25,676 nucleotides of DNA from Flavobacteriales bacterium (GTDB lineage: Bacteria; Bacteroidota; Bacteroidia; Flavobacteriales; UBA7312), in NCBI GenBank assembly GCA_002862585.1, contig PKDP01000114.1, forward strand, positions 1 to 25,676. Reading direction: 5' to 3'. This document shows positions 19,153 through 25,676 of the stretch, piece by piece (position 1 is the stretch's first letter; each line of letters opens with the position of its first letter). Made by a program: the position numbers and the translations under genes. The notes beneath the pieces are model-generated. The model did not search any database. It was not told the origin of the DNA and saw only the letters and a program-made list of their open reading frames with translations.

Positions 19153-20693
19153 TGAAAGATAAACTCAAAATATTAGAAGATAAAAAGGCTGAAGCCCTTA
19201 TTGGTGGTGGAGAAAAACGAATAGATGCTCAACACGATAAAGGGAAACTCACAGCTAGAGAGCGTATTCATTTTTTGATGGATGAAGGTTCTTTCGAAGA
19301 ATTAGGCATGTTAGTGACTCACCGTTCCACCAACTTCGGACTGGATAAGCAAAAGTTTTTAGGCGATGGCGTTGTCACAGGGTACGGCACTATTGATGGG
19401 CGACTAGTCTATGTATATGCCCAAGACTTTACTGTAATGGGTGGCTCATTGGCAGAAGCTCATGCCGAAAAGATTTGCAAAATAATGGATATGGCCATGA
19501 AAAACGGAGCCCCCATAATTGGTCTTAATGACAGTGGCGGAGCACGTATTCAAGAAGGGGTAGTCTCTTTGGGTGGTTATGCCGATATTTTTTATAGAAA
19601 TACTCGAGCAAGTGGCGTAGTGCCACAGCTTTCAGCTATTATGGGACCTTGTGCTGGAGGAGCGGTGTATTCCCCTGCTCTTACCGACTTTATTATGATG
19701 GTAGAAAATACCTCATACATGTTCGTAACAGGGCCTAATGTGGTAAAGACTGTAACGCACGAAGAAGTGACTGCCGAAGAGCTTGGAGGAGCAAGCACAC
19801 ATGCTTCTAAGTCAGGTGTAGCTCATTTTACCTATGCCAATGAGATAGAGCTTATTAATAACCTTAAACGTTTGCTGAGCTATATGCCGCAAAACTGTGA
19901 AGAGGAAGCTCCCGCTATGAATTACCAAAGTGGTGATGAGATTCGTGCAGAACTAAACAATATCATTCCAGAAAACGCCAATCAACCTTACGATATTCAT
20001 GAGGTCATAAACGGCATTATTGACAGAGAATCTTTTCACGAAGTCCATAAAGAATATGCTGAAAATATTGTCTGTGGCTTTGCCCGTTTAGCCGGTCGTT
20101 CAATAGGTATAGTGGCGAATCAACCCGCTTTTTTAGCTGGCGTATTAGACAATCACGCCTCAAACAAAGCGGCACGATTTGTACGTTTTTGCGATAGCTT
20201 TAACATTCCACTTTTAGTATTAGAAGATGTTCCAGGCTTTTTACCAGGTACTGACCAAGAATGGAATGGTATCATTAACAATGGAGCCAAGCTCCTATAC
20301 GCCTTTAGTGAAGCAACAGTTCCAAGAATAACTATCATCACGCGAAAAGCCTATGGAGGGGCGTATGATGTGATGAACTCTAAGCACATTGGAGCCGACC
20401 TCAATTACGCTTGGCCAACAGCAGAAATAGCTGTAATGGGTGCTAAAGGAGCGGCTGAAATTATCTTTAGAAAAGAAATTAAAGAAGCCAAGGATTCGGA
20501 AGCTAAATGGAAAGAAAAAGAAGCCGAATATGCAGACTTGTTTGCTCACCCTTACAATGCTGCGGCAAGAGGATATGTAGATGAGGTCATAGAACCATCA
20601 TCATCCAGAGAAAAATTAATAAAGGCCTTTAAAATGTTAGAAAACAAGGTCGATGTGTTGCCCAAGAAGAAACACGGAAATATACCCCTATAG
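19152..20693 (+). CDS. pccB: Acyl-CoA (probably propionyl-CoA) carboxylase, carboxyltransferase beta subunit
   Basis: [55 protein letters not shown]-terminal KKHGNIPL. Substrate specificity is inferred. Confidence 0.88.
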   Translation: MKDKLKILEDKKAEALIGGGEKRIDAQHDKGKLTARERIHFLMDEGSFEELGMLVTHRSTNFGLDKQKFLGDGVVTGYGTIDGRLVYVYAQDFTVMGGSLAEAHAEKICKIMDMAMKNGAPIIGLNDSGGARIQEGVVSLGGYADIFYRNTRASGVVPQLSAIMGPCAGGAVYSPALTDFIMMVENTSYMFVTGPNVVKTVTHEEVTAEELGGASTHASKSGVAHFTYANEIELINNLKRLLSYMPQNCEEEAPAMNYQSGDEIRAELNNIIPENANQPYDIHEVINGIIDRESFHEVHKEYAENIVCGFARLAGRSIGIVANQPAFLAGVLDNHASNKAARFVRFCDSFNIPLLVLEDVPGFLPGTDQEWNGIINNGAKLLYAFSEATVPRITIITRKAYGGAYDVMNSKHIGADLNYAWPTAEIAVMGAKGAAEIIFRKEIKEAKDSEAKWKEKEAEYADLFAHPYNAAARGYVDEVIEPSSSREKLIKAFKMLENKVDVLPKKKHGNIPL

Positions 20694-20694
20694 A

Positions 20695-21981
20695 ATGAAT
20701 GTATTAGTATTAGGTTCAGGCGGTCGAGAACATGCCCTAAGTTGGAAAATTTCACAAAGTAGTTTGTGTGAAAAGCTGTTCATAGCACCTGGAAATGCCG
20801 GAACCAGTTCAGTTGGGCAAAATGTGGACATTAGCGTAAACGACTTTCCGACAATTAAAACATTTGTCCTAGAAAACGATATTAACATGGTCGTAGTTGG
20901 TCCTGAAGACCCTTTAGTAAATGGAATTTATGACTTCTTCCAAAACGATAGTGCGTTAAGTGATATTTGCCTTATTGGGCCATCCAAAGAAGGAGCAAAA
21001 TTAGAAGGGAGTAAAGACTACTCCAAACAGTTTATGATGCGTCATAACATTCCTACTGCAGCCTATGGTAGCTTTACAGCAGAGACTTTAAAGGAAGGCT
21101 GTGATTTTCTCGAAACGCTTAATCCGCCATACGTCCTAAAAGCAGACGGCTTGGCAGCAGGAAAAGGCGTTTTAATACTTGATGAGTTAGAAACAGCTAA
21201 AGCCGAACTGAAGGCGATGCTTACCGAAGCCAAATTTGGTAAAGCCAGTTCTACAGTAGTTATAGAAGAGTTTTTGGACGGTATTGAATTATCAGTATTC
21301 GTACTTACGGACGGAAAAAATTATAAAGTCTTGCCATCCGCTAAAGATTACAAGCGTATTGGAGAAGGGGATAAAGGATTAAATACTGGCGGAATGGGAG
21401 CTATTTCACCAGTGCCATTTGCCGATAGTATTTTCATGGAAAAAGTAGAAAATACCATTATCAAACCTACTGTTTTTGGACTACAAGAAGAAAACATCGA
21501 TTACAAAGGCTTTATATTTATAGGATTGATGAATGTAGGTGGTGAGCCTTTCGTTATTGAATATAATGTGCGAATGGGCGACCCTGAAACGGAAGTAGTT
21601 ATCCCTAGAATAAAATCGGATTTACTAAACCTTTTCAGAGGCATTGCTATGGGCACTTTTGGTGAGCAAGATTTTTATGTAGACGAGGATGTGGCAACTA
21701 CGGTAATGTTGGTTTCTGGTGGCTACCCCGAGAGCTATGAAAAAGGCAAAGAGATAGTTGGATTAGAAGAGGTTGAAAACAGCTTAGTTTTTCATGCAGG
21801 GACTAAAGAGGACAATCAAAAAGTGTTAACTAATGGAGGGCGTGTTATGGCACTAACATCCTTTGGAAGAACGATGGAGGAGGCTTTAGAAAAGTCATTT
21901 GATAACGCCAAAAAGATACACTTTGACGGTAAATATTTCCGTAGGGATATTGGCTTTGATTTAAAAGAGGAAAAAGTCTAG
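20695..21981 (+). CDS. purD: Phosphoribosylamine--glycine ligase (start moved to the ATG at 20695)
   Basis: MNVLVLGSGGREHAL, APGNAG, VGPE, KADGLAAGKGV, DYKR, NTGGMGA, EYNVRMGDPE, TNGGRV. Confidence 0.97.
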   Translation: MNVLVLGSGGREHALSWKISQSSLCEKLFIAPGNAGTSSVGQNVDISVNDFPTIKTFVLENDINMVVVGPEDPLVNGIYDFFQNDSALSDICLIGPSKEGAKLEGSKDYSKQFMMRHNIPTAAYGSFTAETLKEGCDFLETLNPPYVLKADGLAAGKGVLILDELETAKAELKAMLTEAKFGKASSTVVIEEFLDGIELSVFVLTDGKNYKVLPSAKDYKRIGEGDKGLNTGGMGAISPVPFADSIFMEKVENTIIKPTVFGLQEENIDYKGFIFIGLMNVGGEPFVIEYNVRMGDPETEVVIPRIKSDLLNLFRGIAMGTFGEQDFYVDEDVATTVMLVSGGYPESYEKGKEIVGLEEVENSLVFHAGTKEDNQKVLTNGGRVMALTSFGRTMEEALEKSFDNAKKIHFDGKYFRRDIGFDLKEEKV

Positions 21982-22145
21982 GCTTCTCCGTTTTTTTTGA
22001 AGGCTACCAATTTGCCAGTCCAGTAAACAAACAATACAGAAATGACAATAATTGCTAATACGTTAGGCATATTTCCAAGAGTTGGCATAATAGTCCAGAT
22101 GCTTGAAAATAAATCGCCGATACTGTTCCAAAAAGTTGACCACAT
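21978..22145 (-). CDS. 55-aa membrane protein below the ORF-track cutoff (resembles the Bacteroidota DUF6341-type small protein)
   Basis: Hand translation MWSTFWNSIGDLFSSIWTIMPTLGNMPNVLAIIVISVLFVYWTGKLVAFKKNGEA*. It fills the gap between purD and the next gene, has one clear TM helix plus a basic tail, and has its own TAATTTTG box 22 nt upstream. The family name is from memory. Confidence 0.8.
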   Translation of the reverse strand: MWSTFWNSIGDLFSSIWTIMPTLGNMPNVLAIIVISVLFVYWTGKLVAFKKNGEA

Positions 22146-22167
22146 AGTTGATAAAATATTATTTCTG

Positions 22168-22175
22168 CAAAATTA
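22168..22175 (-). promoter_or_regulatory. -7 element (TAATTTTG, followed by CA) for the 55-aa ORF
   Basis: Forward CAAAATTA = exact TAnnTTTG on the minus strand. Confidence 0.65.
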
Positions 22176-22191
22176 GAACAATCATTTAAAA

Positions 22192-23157
22192 ATGCTAGTA
22201 AAAACACTGAAAACAAATAAGCCCTCGGCATTTATTTCGTTCTTCGCTGTGTCGTTTTGTTTGTTCATATTTGATTTGATTGCGTCACTTCCCCTTCAGC
22301 TAGAATCCAATCACCCTATTTTCTCATCACTGCTAACATTTTTTAGTGCAAACGCATGGCTAAGCTATACGGCAGTTTTTATTTTAGGCTTGCTAATTGC
22401 AATGGGTTGGAATAATCTTTTGACCGACAGAGGGGTGTTCAAAAACATTACCATTCTACCAGCATTTATTCTGGTTTTATTGAGTTCGGCATTTGAAATA
22501 TCTGCTATATGGATCAGTTATTTTTTAATGCTCTTTGTTCTGAACAAGCTTATGTCTATTTATCAAAAAAGTAAGCCTTATGCTGCTTTGTTTGATAGCG
22601 GCTTCCTTATTGGTTTATCAGCCATCATTTACCCCGTTTCTATACTGTTCTTTTTACTGATAATGGTAGCAGTATTTATCTATTCGACCATGAATTGGAG
22701 GCATTTTCTAATTCCACTTTTAGGTTTGCTTACCCCCTTTTTATTTGTCTTTACTTACGGTTATTATTTTGATGTCCTTACAGACTTAAGCCAGTATTAT
22801 TTTACTTTCTTTTCATTTGCATTGCCACTGTTTAAGTGGACTGTTGGCGTAGTGGTTTGGAGCAGCGTTTTAGGCATACTATTTCTGTTGTCTTTTAAAG
22901 AAATGGTGGATTGGCTGGCAATGAAAAACTTACGTTCGCGCAAAGCATTTTACTTGTTTTTCGCTTACAGTGCATGCGTATTTATTAGTCTATTTTTTAC
23001 TGCTTTTGATTGGAACCATTTGCTATTATTTGGCTTGCCCATGTCGGTATTGATTGCTAATTACTTTATGTTTTTGCATAAAAAATGGTGGTATGAAGGA
23101 GCATTTATTGTGTTGATATTATCAACGATATATTTGCATTTAGAGCCATTATTTTAG
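22192..23157 (+). CDS. Polytopic inner-membrane protein (DUF6427-like)
   Basis: About 9-10 hydrophobic segments; FDSGFLIGLSAIIYP motif. The purD / small ORF / DUF6427 neighbourhood is one I recall from Flavobacteriales. Confidence 0.7.
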   Translation: MLVKTLKTNKPSAFISFFAVSFCLFIFDLIASLPLQLESNHPIFSSLLTFFSANAWLSYTAVFILGLLIAMGWNNLLTDRGVFKNITILPAFILVLLSSAFEISAIWISYFLMLFVLNKLMSIYQKSKPYAALFDSGFLIGLSAIIYPVSILFFLLIMVAVFIYSTMNWRHFLIPLLGLLTPFLFVFTYGYYFDVLTDLSQYYFTFFSFALPLFKWTVGVVVWSSVLGILFLLSFKEMVDWLAMKNLRSRKAFYLFFAYSACVFISLFFTAFDWNHLLLFGLPMSVLIANYFMFLHKKWWYEGAFIVLILSTIYLHLEPLF

Positions 23158-23169
23158 CTCTTAAATGTT

Positions 23170-23177
23170 TACATTTG
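23170..23177 (+). promoter_or_regulatory. -7 element (TACATTTG) for purQ; a second exact box (TATATTTG) lies at 23129-23136
   Basis: Exact TAnnTTTG, 26 nt before the purQ ATG. Confidence 0.65.
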
Positions 23178-23203
23178 AAGTCTAATTTTAAATTATTAGT
23201 AAG

Positions 23204-23896
23204 ATGAAATTTGGTGTAGTTGTTTTCCCAGGCTCTAATTGTGATAAAGACATGATTTATGTTCTAGAAACCCTTTACGAACAAGAAGTTGTAAGCCTTT
23301 GGCACAAAGATACCGATCTTCAAAATTGTGATTTTATTGTATTGCCAGGTGGGTTTTCATATGGAGATTATTTGCGTTCAGGAGCTATTGCACGTTTTTC
23401 GCCCATTATGGAAAAAATTATAGAGTTTGCTAATAATGGCGGTTATGTTATGGGTGTATGCAATGGCTTTCAAATTTTATGCGAATCTGGACTTTTACCA
23501 GGGGCACTATTACATAACAATAGCCATAAATTCATTTGTAAAAACGTCTATTTGTCCACGCAGAACACCAATACTTGCGTAACAGTTAGTGCTGAAGACA
23601 AGGCGCTTTGTGTGCCCATAGCTCACGGTGAAGGGCGTTATTTTGCAGATGCTGACACACTAAAACAACTCAATGACAATGGTCAAGTGTTGTTTAGATA
23701 CTGTGATCAAAACGGTAATATTACGCCCGATAGTAATCCAAACGGTGCGGAAGAAAATATTGCTGGAGTTAGCAATTCTGCAGGCAATGTATTTGGAATG
23801 ATGCCTCACCCAGAACGTGCTGCTGATAAGGAATTAGCTAATACGGATGGAGGTTGCATTTTTGAAAGCATCATCAAAACGCTTGTTGTCGCCTAA
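23204..23896 (+). CDS. purQ: FGAM synthase glutaminase subunit
   Basis: [30 protein letters not shown], catalytic [24 protein letters not shown]. Confidence 0.97.
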   Translation: MKFGVVVFPGSNCDKDMIYVLETLYEQEVVSLWHKDTDLQNCDFIVLPGGFSYGDYLRSGAIARFSPIMEKIIEFANNGGYVMGVCNGFQILCESGLLPGALLHNNSHKFICKNVYLSTQNTNTCVTVSAEDKALCVPIAHGEGRYFADADTLKQLNDNGQVLFRYCDQNGNITPDSNPNGAEENIAGVSNSAGNVFGMMPHPERAADKELANTDGGCIFESIIKTLVVA

Positions 23897-23897
23897 A

Positions 23898-24473
23898 TTA
23901 CTTTTTATAAAAATTCATTTCGTCGATATAGTCGTTTATCTTCTGCGGTAAGAAGTAACTGACCTCTTTTTTCTCCCGAATACTTTTTCTGATAAATTCA
24001 GCTGAAATATCCATCAGTGGAGCTTTTGTCAATTGTACCTTTTCATGCTTTTCCATATCACAAGGCTTACATCGTGGTCTTGGGTAGACATAGATATTAT
24101 GATTCTCTAAAATGGATTCGTGGTTTTTCCATCTATGAAAATGAACAAGATTATCTTGACCCATAATTAGTGAAAATTCTTCGTTGGGATGTGCTTCTCT
24201 TAAATAGGTGAGAGTTTCAACAGTATAGGATGGAATAGGCAAATTAAATTCAATATTAGAAGCCTGCATTCTAGGGTCGTTTTCAACGGCAATGCGGACT
24301 ATGGTCAGTCGGTGTTGTTGGTCAAGTAGAGTTTCTTTTGTTTTAAAAGGATTTTGTGGCGACACCACAAACCATATTTTTACAAGGTCAGTATGTTCTA
24401 GCATGTACTGTGCGATAGCCATATGCCCTATATGGATGGGGTTAAATGAACCAAAAAACAAACCTACTTTCAT
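23898..24473 (-). CDS. nadD: Nicotinate-nucleotide adenylyltransferase
   Basis: GLFFGSFNPIHIGH (HxGH), VVSPQNPFK, PSYTVETL, LIMGQDNL; ATGA overlap with gmk. Confidence 0.96.
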   Translation of the reverse strand: MKVGLFFGSFNPIHIGHMAIAQYMLEHTDLVKIWFVVSPQNPFKTKETLLDQQHRLTIVRIAVENDPRMQASNIEFNLPIPSYTVETLTYLREAHPNEEFSLIMGQDNLVHFHRWKNHESILENHNIYVYPRPRCKPCDMEKHEKVQLTKAPLMDISAEFIRKSIREKKEVSYFLPQKINDYIDEMNFYKK

Positions 24474-25036
24474 CCTATAAATTCTCTAACTAGATTTAAT
24501 GATTTATGGTAAGAGTCTTCTAAATTGTCATTAATAACAGTGACATCAAATTTACTTTGAAACTCCATTTCCGAAGCTGATTTAGACACTCTTTTGTTGA
24601 GGCTTTCTTCGTTTTCTGTCCCTCTACTTCTCAAACGTTCTTCTAAGGTTTCAATAGATGGCGGAGCTACAAAAATCGCCAATCCATTTTCTTTGAAATG
24701 GGACTTTAAAGCCAAAGCACCTTTCACATCGACATCAAAAACAATCACTTTACCTTCAGCCCAAAGCCGCTCTACCTCTTCAATTAAAGTGCCATAAAAC
24801 ATATTGGAATAAACTTCTTCCCACTCCAAAAAGTGGCTCTGATTGATGCGGCTTTTGAATTCGTCAACAGACAAAAAGTAATAGTCTTTACCATCCTTTT
24901 CATTTTCTCTAGGACTTCTGCTACATGCCGAAATAGAAAAAGAAAGCTCAGATATTTGTTCTAGCAAATACTTGACAACAGTAGTTTTGCCCGCACCTGA
25001 TGGTGCTGAAAAGATGATTGCTTTTTTATAAGACAT
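24470..25036 (-). CDS. gmk: Guanylate kinase
   Basis: SAPSGAGKTT P-loop, RSPRENEKDGKDYYF, FLEWEEVY, DVDVKGA, LEERLRSRGTE. Confidence 0.97.
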   Translation of the reverse strand: MSYKKAIIFSAPSGAGKTTVVKYLLEQISELSFSISACSRSPRENEKDGKDYYFLSVDEFKSRINQSHFLEWEEVYSNMFYGTLIEEVERLWAEGKVIVFDVDVKGALALKSHFKENGLAIFVAPPSIETLEERLRSRGTENEESLNKRVSKSASEMEFQSKFDVTVINDNLEDSYHKSLNLVREFIG

Positions 25037-25676
25037 TGAGAATTTGTTCTTTTATCTTTTCTAATTCGTCTTTCATTTTAACAACCTCTTGCTGCATAGT
25101 CGCGTCATTGGATTTTGAGCCAATGGTATTGATTTCTCTACCAATTTCTTGACAAATAAACCCAAGTTTTTTGCCTTGAGAATTGGCACTTTGCATAACC
25201 TCTATGAAATAGTTGAGGTGTAAATTTAGGCGAGTGATTTCCTCAGTGATATCTAGCTTTTCGATGTAATATATTAGCTCTTGTTCAAATCTGTTTTCAT
25301 CAGCAGATACCTTTATTTCGTCTATCTTTTCGCGGATGCTGCCTTTTATTTTTTCTATTCTACTTTTTTCGTAAGCTGCTATTTCATTAAGAGATGTTCG
25401 AATATTTTCAATTCGCAATGCAAAGTCTTCCGCCAAAATACGCCCTTCATCTGCTCTGTAGTTCGTAATGGCATCAATGGCTTGTGATAGTAACGATTCT
25501 ATCTGTGTCCATTCCGACTCGTCTATTTCTTCTTTTTTGCTTTTCAGTACATCAGGTAAACGCATGATGCTACTCATAATATCGTCGGTATTGTCTAGCT
25601 CTTTGGCGATACCTTTTAAGTCTGAATAATAGGCTTTGACAACTTCACTGTTTATGCTGGCAGATAGTTCGGAATG
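25026..25676 (-). CDS. yicC: YicC/YloC family endoribonuclease, 5' end outside the window
   Basis: Frame stays open from 25577 to the window edge (HSELSASINSEVVKAYYSDLKGIAKELDNTDDI). C-terminal KLDITEEITRL, GKKLGFICQEIGREINTIGSK, MKDELEKIKEQ; conserved yicC-gmk order. Confidence 0.93.
   Translation of the reverse strand, partial: HSELSASINSEVVKAYYSDLKGIAKELDNTDDIMSSIMRLPDVLKSKKEEIDESEWTQIESLLSQAIDAITNYRADEGRILAEDFALRIENIRTSLNEIAAYEKSRIEKIKGSIREKIDEIKVSADENRFEQELIYYIEKLDITEEITRLNLHLNYFIEVMQSANSQGKKLGFICQEIGREINTIGSKSNDATMQQEVVKMKDELEKIKEQILNVL

Noticed and set aside
18366-19153. 10-bp direct repeat GACGACTAAT at the ends of lepA (18366-18375) and yebC (19144-19153), like a target-site duplication around yebC
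   Set aside because: Both proteins simply end in Asp-Asp-stop; 10-mer repeats are expected by chance in 25 kb, and there is no transposase or integrase.
4552-20693. accB/accC and the carboxyltransferase beta gene forming one novel carboxylase
   Set aside because: They are about 13 kb apart in different operons, and accA/accD and a PCC alpha subunit could lie elsewhere in the genome; nothing here links them.
20653-20694. 14-aa N-terminal extension of purD
   Set aside because: It overlaps the conserved pccB C-terminus; MNVLVLGSGGREHAL at 20695 is the canonical start.
142-25487. The many 60-125 aa ORFs antisense or out of frame within larger genes (e.g. 1084-1392, 10228-10452, 12348-12725, 18393-18638, 20295-20549)
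   Set aside because: They lie within or across well-supported conserved genes, show no recognisable motifs, and I noticed no dedicated promoter; shadow ORFs.
1-25676. CRISPR arrays, tRNA/rRNA, IS elements, prophage or defence genes
   Set aside because: No intergenic gap exceeds 99 nt, I saw no periodic repeats, and the ORFs are accounted for by other families.

Overview
Densely packed chromosomal housekeeping region of a Bacteroidota genome, probably a streamlined Flavobacteriales-like lineage. The lineage call is inferred from TAnnTTTG promoter boxes, a T9SS C-terminal domain, signal peptides cleaved before Gln, and gene order. There are 25 CDSs: a 5'-truncated RND permease, dxs, a minus-strand pepA-pdxA-yceD-rpmF-plsX-fabH-accB-accC run, a plus-strand mqnC-ribE-DUF3817 operon, an accessory-looking pair (small outer-membrane beta-barrel plus T9SS-secreted CotH-family kinase), lepA-yebC-pccB-purD, a 55-aa membrane ORF missed by the ORF track, a DUF6427-like membrane protein, purQ, and yicC(truncated)-gmk-nadD. 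Only about 575 nt (about 2%) is intergenic by my count. I found no rRNA, tRNA, CRISPR, mobile element or defence system, and I cannot support a large novel system. The best leads are the barrel + secreted CotH kinase pair, the unannotated small ORF, an orphan futalosine-pathway mqnC, and several compact regulatory designs: symmetric divergent promoters, a combined terminator/promoter before plsX, and candidate leaderless mRNAs.
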